Shown: positions 1 through 11,515 of the stretch, one piece after another
Numbering within the stretch: the stretch's first letter is position 1
How the letters are laid out: every line of letters begins with the position of its first letter
From: Trichoplax sp. H2
Lineage: Eukaryota
DNA: 64,000 bases
Direction: 5' to 3'
Assembly: GCA_003344405.1 (NCBI GenBank)
Contig: NOWV01000228.1
Location: 1 to 64,000 of the forward strand
Notes under the pieces: model-generated
The model's database searches: none
Told to the model about the DNA's origin: nothing
Seen by the model: only the letters and a program-made list of their open reading frames with translations
Position numbers and translations under genes: made by a program

Positions 1-923
1 CCAAGCAGGACTTGACAAATACACATTTTAACTAACAGATAAAGCGGTTTTCTTTGCTTGTCTTATAACTATTCCATCCAGTCATAAAAATAAATAATAA
101 TATTACTATTGCAGTAGTCCATTCCTTCTACAATCTATTATAGGGTATTTCTAGGCAATTCATTGGCACTGTGATGATTATCTTTGTAAAGTGTGAATAA
201 GTGAACTTAACATCCTATTCAACCATTTTGGAGATCAAACTTACGCTTTCTTCAAATTGGAAGATGTCATATTGTATGAAGAGCATAAACTGTTTTATTT
301 TGCTTTTTAACTCTCAATCTTTTCGATTAGCATAGAAACTACCCGTTGGATTTTGTTCCTTTCTCCCTCACCAAGCTCCGATCACCAGTTTCACCTTTAA
401 CACTGCAACTGGAAGAGACTACAGTGACTAGTAGGTAAAATAAGACTACGGTAGTACAGTACAGTATACTGTACACTTGTACAGTACTATACTGTACATA
501 CTGTACTGGTAGAAGTCTGCATGTACTGTACGGTACAGTACAGTATGGTAGTACAGTACAGTACAGGACTGTACTGAGTACTGAGCACTGTAGTTGACAG
601 CAATCGAGCTCTGTCTCGTCATCTGTCCAGTCCCGTACTGATTGATTCACTACTCACTACTGTACTGGTTTCCTTGAGATGATCTTTTGAAGGCGAAAGA
701 GCTGACAAGTTAGAAAGAGAAAGTACAAACTTTCTCTAGAGTAGCCCCTGCCTGAGGGATTCCCTAGTACAGCATACACTTTTCATGGATAGTTTTACAA
801 GTGCTAGAAAGAAGAAATCCCCCATACTAGCGGCAGGCATACAGGAAGTCGTTAGGCTGCCTTCAGTATCACTGAAGATACGTGACAGCTTTCTCTATGT
901 TTCTACAGCAATCAGAGTCATTT

Positions 924-937
924 CGATGACGTCATCG
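924..937. promoter_or_regulatory. Perfect 14-bp palindrome containing a full CRE (TGACGTCA)
   Basis: CGATGACGTCATCG at 924-937, core TGACGTCA at 927-934, in the probable promoter region. Function is inferred. Confidence 0.5.
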
Positions 938-1026
938 TCCATTGAAAAGTGTTTGCAGTACGGGGTACAGTACACATTGTACAGTGTACACTGTACACTG
1001 TACTGTACAGTACAGTACGGTGGGCC

Positions 1027-1175
1027 AACAGTGTACGTTTCAGAACAGTGGTTTCACTTCACAAACACGTTTCAAACAGTGTGCGCTTCAAACAGTGATT
1101 TCACTTCACAAACACGTTTCAAACAATGTGCGCTTCAAACAGTGGTTTCACTTCACAAACACGTTTCAAACAGTT
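1027..1175 (+). repeat. 47-bp minisatellite, about 3 copies
   Basis: CACTTCACAAACACG recurs at 1055, 1102 and 1149 (period 47). Unit is approximately CGTTTCAAACAGTGTGCGCTTCAAACAGTGGTTTCACTTCACAAACA. Confidence 0.9.
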
Positions 1176-1436
1176 TCAAACAGTGTACAGTGTACAGTGC
1201 ATACTGTAGTACTGTACTTCGTGCTTTATGATACTGTACATACTGTACAGTGTACAGTACAGTACTGTACAGTATTTCTCCCCAAAATTACTGTACTGTA
1301 CTGAACCGTCTACTGTACTGTACACTGTACACTGTACAGTACACTGTACAGTACAGTAAAGTATTTCCAAACTTACAGTACATTGCTGTACAATGTACAG
1401 TATATAACTACATAGTAACTGTACAGCATACTGTAG

Positions 1437-1454
1437 TAACCCTAACCCTAACCC
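1437..1454. repeat. Short interstitial telomere-type repeat (TAACCC)3
   Basis: TAACCCTAACCCTAACCC, the reverse complement of animal TTAGGG repeats, about 200 bp upstream of the ATG at 1651. Confidence 0.7.
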
Positions 1455-1650
1455 CTGTACAGTGTACAGTACAATACTGCAGATTGGTACTGTACTGTAC
1501 ACTGTACACTGTACAGTACTGTACAATGTACAGGCTCCTCCCATCCTCGATTTTCTTCCAGTTCTTGCCGTACCCTTCAATCCTCTCAATCCATCCACAG
1601 CCAGCTTTCATTCACAGTTTGTGCTACTGATATCTTGCCAGGAGAATTTC

Positions 1651-3489
1651 ATGATGGCTGTGACGAGTGAAATAGAAAGAGCCATTTTAGGAGCATTTGT
1701 TGGTGATTCATTATCTCTTGGTGTTCATTGGGTTTATAGGACACCGATAATCAAGAAAGAAGTTGGTGTTGTCAATCGTTTGCTACCGCCCAAATTGAAT
1801 GACTATCATCAAGGCAAGGATGCTGGCGATTTCACCCATTATGGTGAATCTATGCTAATTTTACTGGAAAGTCTGGCTGCAAAGAAAACCTTCCATGTTG
1901 AAGATTTTAGACAACGTTGGCAATCTCACTGGAAAACGAGCTCCAGCTATCAGTTCGTATCCAATGATAGTTACTTTTGCAGTTATTCGTATAGATTGCA
2001 ATGTCTGAAGTAGACTTGCAATGCAACACTCGCTGCGTATAACGCTAACACCTGAAAAGAATGCTGCGTCATTGTTTAGAAAACTTCTCCTAACTTTTTC
2101 CTCGACCGATGAAATCATTTCTTTCAGGCTAATTTGACCAAGTTTTACTACATACTATACTCTTAGGCATTGTTATGAATTAGCTTATGTAGTATTAGCG
2201 ATGTTGATAAATCCTTGAACGTAACTTGTTCGTTATACATGTATTATTGAATCGTGTTTACCAAGGTTACCGAGCAATGGTTACGCGTATCTTATAGCTA
2301 ATGTTAACGTCCTATCGTGAGCATGACAATTGGCTCTACTTTCAACCACTCCGTTGCATAGCACTGCCTATTATGCTATACTGTACTTGTGCGTGATTGC
2401 TGGTGAAGATGTTAGGCAATGAATTGCATTTCTTGCAATGGAGCATAATTAATAATTGACCATGTTATACCTTAAAAGCAATGTCAAATAAAAAGCTTAC
2501 AGTACAGTACTACGTATACGAGTACAGTATAACTATCTTATCTGAAAGTAAACTATGACAACAGTATTATTTCCTTCTCCTGCTCTTATGGAATGACGTT
2601 AACATGATATTGTATCGTTATTTCAGTGACCATGCTACAAAGGAAACGTTAAAAAATCTCGAAGATGGAAAAGTAAAAGGAATAGATCTGAATGATTTTA
2701 ACCCCGCAGCAAGACAAGTGCCTCTGCTCTTAGTTTCAAATAGCGAGGTAAGAAATAAGGTTGCTTATGACATAATACGGTATAGGAGAAAGTAGCAATC
2801 GTTATATATTGTTTCCTTCTTATTTGCTGCCATACGAGTACAACTACAATATTCTCAATAATGCTAGGCTGTAATAGACTATCAGACCATTTTAACATTT
2901 TAGCATTTCTGCTAAAATGTACTTTTAGCTCAATTTTAATTTGAACCTTTTGTGTCATCAGGAACAGTTGGTCGAATTTGCAATTCAACACTGCAGAGTA
3001 ACTCATGAAAATTCAGAAACAGATGCAGCTACGGAATTTGTGTCGAGAGTGTTATGGCGTATCGTCCATCAGCATAAAACACCCTCCACTGCAGTAGAAG
3101 AAGTTATAGAAACTTTGAAGAATAAGTACAGCGAAGTTATTGAATTTGCAACGCAGGGATTCAAAGCTGCCCAATTACCCGATGAAGATGCTAATAACTC
3201 CTTCCTCGGTACCAGAACGAGCAATGAATTCACACTTCCTGTCGCCATATATTGCTATATTCCAGGAGCACTTCCAATAGCTACTCGACTTATCGTAAAA
3301 TATGGACATGAAAGCTTTGAGCAGGCGTTGGCCCTCAACGCCGGTTTTGGCGGAGATAACGCTGCAAGATCTCTCTTTGTTGGTAGTGCTCTTGGTGGCC
3401 GAGAGAATTTTGAAATTCCCTCTGAATGGGTAAATGGCATTCGTCAAATTGATCATATTAAGCAGTTGATAAATTCTTTTAAGAACTAA
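1651..3489 (+). CDS. ADP-ribosylglycohydrolase-fold protein, SelJ/J1-crystallin-like or bacterial-type subfamily, about 316 aa. Exons 1651-1952, 2627-2747, 2962-3489
   Basis: GT-AG introns (phases 2 and 0) join into one open frame of 951 nt. Motifs GAFVGDSLSLGVHWVY, YHQGKDAGDFTHYGE, YHDHATKETL, RVTH, CYIPGALP, GGDNAARSLFVGSALG and IPSEW are typical of the ARH/DraG fold. Confidence 0.85.
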
Positions 3490-5319
3490 CAACAAAAATA
3501 GATCTCATAGTATCCTGAACAATTTATTGACTGTATCAGAATGATTTTGATATATTGTGACCGTATGCTGTAGATTTTTAGCTTTATCTTGTAGATTGAA
3601 AAAACGGAATTTACAGTATAGCGCAATTTTATTTTATGAAATATGATGTTCAGTTGGAAGAAAGCCAGAGACATCTTAGTTCACAGATTTTTATTCATAC
3701 TTCATGTCTACAGTTCAACGTGTTTGCAGACTATCAATGAATATTGCATGAATTATCGCCTTGCTCCACAGTAATACGAATTTAAATTTATGTCATTAAT
3801 GATCAGGTTGAAAATGTGCGGCGATATTTCTAACGCCTCCAAGCTTAAATTTTAATCTTTATAACTTACTTCAATATATATATATATCCATTGAAATGTA
3901 GTTCTACTTTTGCCATTTATAGCATAGACGATGAACCTGTAGAAAATGAGTTATGTATGCAAATCATTTATTTCCATTAGATTCCTATAGAGTATAACAA
4001 CGGTCAGTAGTAATTCGTGTAAATATGCGTACATTGGACATACTTATGGTTCATGTTACTGGCATTGAAATAGTATTCAATACTACAGTATGTTATTAAA
4101 GTGTTATTCACCACATCGGTTGATTCTAATATACGTTATGTTTTGCGGACTCTGCTTTAAGATGGAATAGGCTAAATCGAAGTCCACATGTCACTTATCA
4201 CAAAGTGTTCGATGAACAGTGTGCATAAAAACAACGGTTGCAATCACTATGCCTAATTGGGATGTCATGCCCATCGAATCTTGCAGCAGCTATTCATTTC
4301 TAATACGGTAGTGCAATTGTGTCATGTGTCAAAAATTAGTATCGCGGTTATTCCTTACGCGTACGTTCATTACTGATCAATTCGCTTTCGTGTGTCTACG
4401 TATCCTAAATTTTTATTAGAATTCTTGAAAAATCTGTTATAAACTAGTAAACTAGCTATCTTGAACGTGATGTGGGATACATGTACGTATTAGTCTAATG
4501 GCGTTAATACTTCAAAATACAGTTTGATTGCATCGAAAAAGCTCCCATTAATAATTTATATTGAATAGGTCATATAACCTATTAAAAACTCGTATAGTAA
4601 TACAATAGCAATTAGTACGACGTTCGATGAATGATAAGTTTTCTCAATATTATGTCATGATCCGCAAAGCCTAGCAAATATTAATTGCTACAAAACTTAG
4701 ATTCATTTGCATGCATTCCAGGTGATAAAAATTTAAAGTGTCCTGTACCCTATTCATAAACCTCCGATGGATATTGGACAATTGATTTTACCACATTAAT
4801 ACTGCAATAGAATCCACATCGAGCATACAGCTTTTGTCTTTTAGAACATCGAACAAAGTAGCTTCACTATTCTCATCAGCCATGTATCAAATAATTATAG
4901 ATAAGTGTAGGTATTGTGCTTCGAAAAATAGTATTCACTACCAGCAAAGGAGTAGAACCGTAATTTACAAAATATGCGGTAGACGTCAACTACTGCAGAC
5001 ACGAAGACATAAAGTTAAGATGATATCCTTTAATGCCTCTCGAGATGAAGAAATAATACAAAAATGCTAAAGATACAGTATCATGCCGTATAGGAATCTC
5101 TATAGCGATAATATTCAACAGCCCAAATCGCTATAAATTAAAACTTGCCATACATGCTATATCGACTATATCCATATTACACAGTTTACCGTGATAATTC
5201 GTAATAAACAGAGACAGGCAAGATTATAAAGTAGTATTTTCTAACTATTGAATAATTATTTGCCTAAATATGTTGACAAAGCACTTTCACAGACATTATA
5301 CATTAGTAGTACCCAACTA

Positions 5320-8204
5320 TCAAGCTTTAGAATTTTGGCTGCTATTAGTAACTTGATAATTGGGAGGTTGTGGTTGAACGATCGCATTAGTAGATGCAGC
5401 AACCTGCGGTTGAATGACTGCATTAGCTGGTACTGCAACATAAAATTGTCTACCATCAAGCGATTGAAATATGGTCGGTTGTTGTGAACCTAATCCAGGG
5501 TTCATATTCGCAGTCATAGCTATAAGTTTAAAATTAAAGGTATCAAAGTAATTAGAATACAATTTTAAAGTAACTTCAATATGTATTTAGAGAACAGGTA
5601 AAGCATATTATCTAGTTAAATAGCTTCTATCCGATTACAATTTTTGATTTGGAGCGCAATGTTAACGCTATTAATACATAGTATAGTTACTTATAAAGAG
5701 ATTTTTTGTAAACTCATAAAGAATCTACTTGAAAAAGCGATAAAGCAATGCGCACTTGTACAGCAATTTATCTGTACATGAACAGACATATGTATCGGCA
5801 CTTGCTGATACGCCATTAGTATAACATCATCAATTAAAACATTTCTTTAATTAACCAGCTTATAATCTTACCGGGTTGATTATTAGATTGAGGAATGTGA
5901 GGAGCAACTATCTGCTGGTTGTTGGTAATACTTCCATAACTGTATGGTGTATAGGTCGGAAGACGCTAATAAGTTTCGGAATAAAAAAGGATTAAAATAT
6001 ATGAGCGTCTGAATCTTAGTAGTAGTACAAAAAAATATTAGTAGAGACGTTCATTCGATCACATCCTGGCAAAAGCGATAAAATTGTTATGGATTCTGTA
6101 ACATAAATACGTTGTGCTAATCTGTAGAATAATGTAATTAATTACCGTCGATGATGGAGTACAGAAGACCCCTTGTGATAGCAATATCATGCATGCCATG
6201 GTAAAAGAAAAACCAAAAATAGCTAAAACAGATGATACAATGTTCGACCAAATGGGGTAATAGTATCCACCAAACATAAAACCAAGCGCGAGACCAAATT
6301 GAACCAACGAAAATATAAAGCTGATTATGGTGAAGGCATAATAAGATCGCATCTGAAAGAGACGCAAAAATATGTGTAAGCATAAAGTGGTACAATACGC
6401 TAAAATATATTACTGCTAATCATTTACTTTGCAATAGCTATAACTATCATTACACATGGTTCAGAAATCAGTACGCACTCCATCTGTTCGTACTGTATAG
6501 GTGACAATTAAGTAATACTGATTGCAGAGTCATTAAATCAACCGTTCCAGGTTTACTGCAGTAAATAAAACAATTTTACTAACTATTATCCTAGGAACAT
6601 TGCAGAGAATACTTTACTGGATATGTATCATGAAAAAGCTTACCAAGTGAGGACGATTTCCGCCCTTATAGGCTACTATAGCCAGCACACCAGTGATGAA
6701 ATACTGTTAAATAAACAAATCCACGATACCTGTGAGTATAAACATGTATATATATATATATATTACTCTATATATATATATTGTATATTGACTACGCCAT
6801 TCTTTCTTTACTCAATTATATTTAAAATATTTAGCGAAGTCTGTGAACTATCACTGCCAATCTTGCACATAGCAAGTTCAGTATGAACACTGACACAAGT
6901 ACTGTAAGAGATTATAATTACAGTGCAGTAGACTAAATTAAAATACTCTTGAATACAGTACAAGGACTAATCATGATAATGCGACTCAAAGCTGCCAAGA
7001 AAAATAAGTAACTTTATTATCAACGTATCTTTCTCCCGAAGACTCTTATAAGAAACGTAAATTTATTTTTATCGTTAATCGAGTAAATTCCAATATGACA
7101 TTCGTATACTGTAATTACGGTAATTCACATTTTATGACATTAGCATCAATGATTCAATATTTTACAGCAGATCACTGTAGTTGTTACAAGTCAAAAAATT
7201 GCAACCTGAGAAAGGCACAGCCAAGAGACTATACTTTTTACAGTTGAAACTTTTTATATAATAATTTTACTCTATTACTGTAATCTCTACACTCTATCTT
7301 TTCTCTTGTTGACTGTAAAGTGATAATTCTTTTTTGTCATTGAGCATACACAAAAACTAGTCTCGGTTTATGCCGCGTTAACCAATATTCGAGTCTAAAC
7401 AAGTACCGCATGTTTTCTATGTACGAGTATACTGTACATTGTAACATAATAGTAGTCTACATCAGAGCATTGTAATGGAGGATTTTTCAGTACTCTAGTC
7501 TGCCTTGATCTAATTTTACAAATATTGACCGCAAAGTAGATTACATGCGTGAACTGCGAAAATTATACTATTAGCCGTTACGAGATTGTTGTTTCATGGA
7601 CTGTTGTATAAACTTCAAAGTGTCAACTGACAGCTATCACGATACAGTACAGTAGACTAGAACACCTACTTTTGTTTTGGATCAAAGATATCAGTTATAC
7701 AATTATGATAAATGATAGTAATTAAAAATTTCTTCAGCATTCTCATTACGTATCGCGACCACCCATGTACGGTAATCATATAATTTATCAAACACAGATA
7801 GTACAGTACAACTAGCAACGTATTAGAGGAAGTAAAAAGTGTGACAATATCATATAGCCATCTCCAACTGCCTATTGTAGTAAAAGATCAATTTAAAAGG
7901 AATAAAATAATCCTACTGCAGAGAATAGTAAAAGGGTTAGCAGCATTGTCCAACTATTTTCTATCCATGATTAGTGATGACAAATCACTGATTGGAAACT
8001 TACAAATGTGCCGATCCATATATCATGGCCAGTGTAAACGCTACCATTGAGACCATAAAAACTGATAAACCCACATCCTCCGATGATAATACTTGTTAAT
8101 GCAAGAATCAATAAACAAATCCCCAAGCCTAAAGAGGCAGTTCGATACCGATGCGAAAGCTCGTATATGCAAGGCCCGCCTGGATTGATATTTTCCGACT
8201 GCAT
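5320..8204 (-). CDS. CD20/MS4A-like four-TM protein, copy 1. Exons 8204-8004, 6703-6644, 6352-6146, 5965-5872, 5519-5320
   Basis: Canonical splice sites keep the frame open. Four hydrophobic segments, TM2 motif GHDIWIGTF/YFITGVLAI (cf. MS4A GYPxWG..FIISG), Q/P-rich cytoplasmic tail. Confidence 0.8.
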
Positions 8205-8728
8205 GATTGTAATTTGTTTAGGAAAAACGAGATCACACTGAAGCAGTAGGCGAAAGTTCCAAGAGCTGGAAGCTTTTCAAGTTCAACTATTTGCTAATAA
8301 ACCTCGAAGTTAGTCCATAGACTATGCCTATAGTATTAACAGTTATCCGGTTCCTACTGAGTCCGGTGAGATACAGTAATAGAACCAAACCTTCGGACAG
8401 GTGTAGCAGCACTGTAGCTGTGTCACACCGTGACATCTACCAGTACCAGTACAGTACCGTATCGTCATCCTTTTTACAGTCGAGACTGCTGAAAGTGACC
8501 TACTCGTCCTTGGAACAAAAGTCATGTCACCATCGGCGATTCATTCAGGACATACGACTAGGCTAGCAACGCAAAAACACCTTATGTATCATACAGTGTA
8601 TACTAAATACTACCCAAGATGCGGTATATGTAATTTGCACACATCAGGTACACTCACCGGAGTACAGTTCAATACGGAATCGATGATGTCATCAGGTTTA
8701 CAGTAGTTTTGTTTTCAAGTTATGCTAC

Positions 8729-8880
8729 TTGTACTGTACTGTAGACCCCTCGCTCGTTGTACAGTACAGTACTGTCCACAGTGTCCAGTACAATACAGCA
8801 CAGTATGAAGGCAGGTGGCCGACCACGGACGCCTACAGCAATTTACACTGTACATTTTACAGTACTGTACACTGTACTAT
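8729..8880. repeat. TACTG/CAGTA-rich low-complexity patch upstream of MS4A-like copy 1
   Basis: Same degenerate repeat as at 450-1532, again 5' of a gene. Confidence 0.6.
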
Positions 8881-9578
8881 GGAACAATACCTCGGATGGA
8901 CGGACTTTACCGACTAGAGGAGCCAGAAAATGTCGAAATTTGCAATGGAGTAGTTACATACTACTTAATATGAATCTTCTATGTCTGTTTTCTTATTCAC
9001 GACTATTATTTTAAAAGCATTATATGATCTTATAGAACGGCTTTCAAGCAGATCTAAGTAGAAAATAACAGCCTGTTATTAACAGGATCACTTAATGTAG
9101 GAAAAATAAGCTAATTTATTATACAATCCAACATCTGCATACTGCACTAAAGTAATAACCAATACACGTGCTTGCAATATATTTTAGACGATATGTGGCT
9201 AAAATAATCGTCTGCCCGAAGAGTTTCATGTTTCAGGTTTTCTTTTAGTAATCCATTGGCCAATTAACCTCTTCCAAAATAAGATTCAGTATAGTCAAAA
9301 TTAGTATACTGTACAGTCTACACTCTCTCTTTCTCTTCTATTTTAGGTACAGCTTCGGATGTACCGTTGTAAAATGACCAACAATCTAATATCCCTCAGT
9401 ACGCAGCAATTTCAATTTTAACCTTTTCACTCAAAGTCAACAGCATTTGGTAGTGTTTATCCTTCGTTGCGGACTTATAGTAACAGTAAATAAACATTTT
9501 GCGCTTGCATGTTCTCAAATCTCTGAATCGCATAATAGAGCTGAACTACTGCAATGACTACTTACTTGACCGTTCGGT

Positions 9579-9960
9579 TGTCACGGTACTACTTTGCCCA
9601 TAGCTATTAAGTAATCCTTAATTTGTGAATAATGAATAATTCTAAATAACTAGAGAAGATCGGAAGCTTTAATGTTTCATTTTGTTGGTCTTATAGTCAA
9701 TACCATGGTAGGAGAAATATTAGGGTATATAAAATATATACTATTGCGAGTTAATTCACTAAGATCGTACGATATGCCAAGCTCTAAATTCATCGAACTA
9801 TATATGGACGGAGGCTAAGCGTTAAAACGCCCGATCGCTTCTAGCCACCTAGGTTTCTCAATGTCTACACATCAATTTAGTAATTATTTATATACGTTAC
9901 GGTATTCGTATGTCCTAATAAATGCTTAAATCTTATGAATTTATTACCTTTACAAATAAA
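9579..9960 (+). mobile_element. Degenerate LTR-like fragment related to the element at 51244-51831
   Basis: Starts TGTCACGGTAC. ATATGGACGGAGGCTAAGCGTT...GATCGCTTCTAGC matches ATATGGACGAAGGTTAAGCGTC...GATAGCTTGTAGC near 51440. No 3' end or TSD found, so the end coordinate is approximate. Confidence 0.55.
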
Positions 9961-11515
9961 ATTTATTGAAACTATCTTATGCAGTGAAAGAATGCATACA
10001 GAGTGTTCTAACATTAATGTAGACGAGTAAATGTTACAAAATAATAAGGAAAGATATTTACGATAACCTCCAGAGAAACCCTAACTTGATATTATCATGT
10101 AACTTTTCTTTTAAAAGGCGTTGTTCGAGTCGTATCAGTTTTCTAATACAGAGGAATTCCATTCCTTTCTTATGATGAAAATCATCGATTTTAACAACGA
10201 TCACGTAGCTTTATTTTCTACTGTAAGATTTTAACTACGCATATAATTCGGGCATTAGCCAACGTGAATTCTATCCATGGTACGGTGTAAGACATAGTCA
10301 AGCATCGTAGTTTTAAGTCCAGTAACACTAGAACCTGACCATTCATTCACGGGCCCAACCTCAGGCCGAAATGAAATTCGCGGAATTTTATATTTCCAGT
10401 ATAATAGTCTCCAAATAGGAATACTTTTCAAGTTTAACGTCAATTTATCAATATAATTCAATCTTGAGACAACTATGATGTGAGTCATGAGAAAGGCTGA
10501 CCATATAAATTCTCACCGAAATTGATTCATACTTATAAGCTAATCATGTGTCTGTGAAGTATTCTGAAAAATAACTAAATCCCAAAGGTATTCTACAATG
10601 TCCTAAGAGATTAGTAGCTTTGTCACTCTTGACAATAAAACAAAGCTAGTAACAATTAGTCAACAACACAACCTTAATAATACAGCCAAAAATTATTTTT
10701 CTTTAATCCTTCACACTAAATTTATACTCATTTCTGCAACATTTAAAATGTAAAATTACTGAATCAATGTTTTGCTATGGTGTACAAATGCCCGTCATTG
10801 ATTACAATTAAAAATTTCTCCAGTATACCTCAGGGAATGCAAAACTTTGCATGCTTTTCCTGGATTAACAACTACAGTAAATAATTCGCTATGGTAACGA
10901 TTAATTTGCTATTACAGCAAGGAGTCTCAAGTATTTTAACCGCCCTCCAGCAACAGGTGATAACGCAAAGTGCAAACGAATGAATAAACTGGCATTTAAT
11001 TGAAACGTACATTCCTTCAGTCACGTCTCTCATTTTATTTATTGGTCCCTGTATAACTTTTAACTATTTTTTTTTACTTAAATCCTGAAATCGAATTTTT
11101 TTTAATAGCAACTGACGATACGCTTACCAGAGCACAGTGAGTCTCCAATTTGAGGAATTGGTTGATAACCGATCGAAATCAATTACTGTAAGTTTTAAAG
11201 ATACAACATGTACAGATCCAAAGTCATTCAATTCTATTCGTGAATGATAAATTAATCACAGCGATATAACTTCCAGGCTGATAATTTACTCAGTTCTTGC
11301 AAGACAATACTAGCTTTCTAAAGCAGTAGCGTATATACCATCTTTTTAAATTCTGCTACATCCAAATTTATACTGTTTCCTCGCTAACACATACTCCATA
11401 ATTTCATAAATTGATAACTCACCGTTTGCATTACTGTCATGATGAAATCTGGTCCTGATTTCTTAACCATTTTATCTTTGAATTTTAAGAGTCGTTCCAT
11501 CCTAAATATAACGTA

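Larger units (their letters stand above)
450..1532. repeat. Low-complexity (TACTG/CAGTA/TACAGTG)n-rich region upstream of the ADP-ribosylglycohydrolase-like gene
   Basis: Dense degenerate GTACAGTA/TACTGTAC runs at about 450-600, 955-1020 and 1180-1532. The many Y/C/T/V-rich ORFs here are translations of this repeat. Confidence 0.9.

Noticed and set aside
245..270. Possible first coding exon MTSSNLKK of a minus-strand gene
   Set aside because: It has a good GTAAGT donor, but the acceptors I tried downstream run into stops within a few codons, so it is not called as a CDS.
1027..1175. CRISPR-like appearance (GTTTCAAAC-containing repeats)
   Set aside because: The units are tandem, with identical rather than unique spacers. 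The context is eukaryotic and there are no cas genes.
339..1630. Six overlapping Y/C/T/V-rich ORFs
   Set aside because: They are translations of the TACTG/CAGTA repeat and the 47-bp minisatellite, with no protein-like features.
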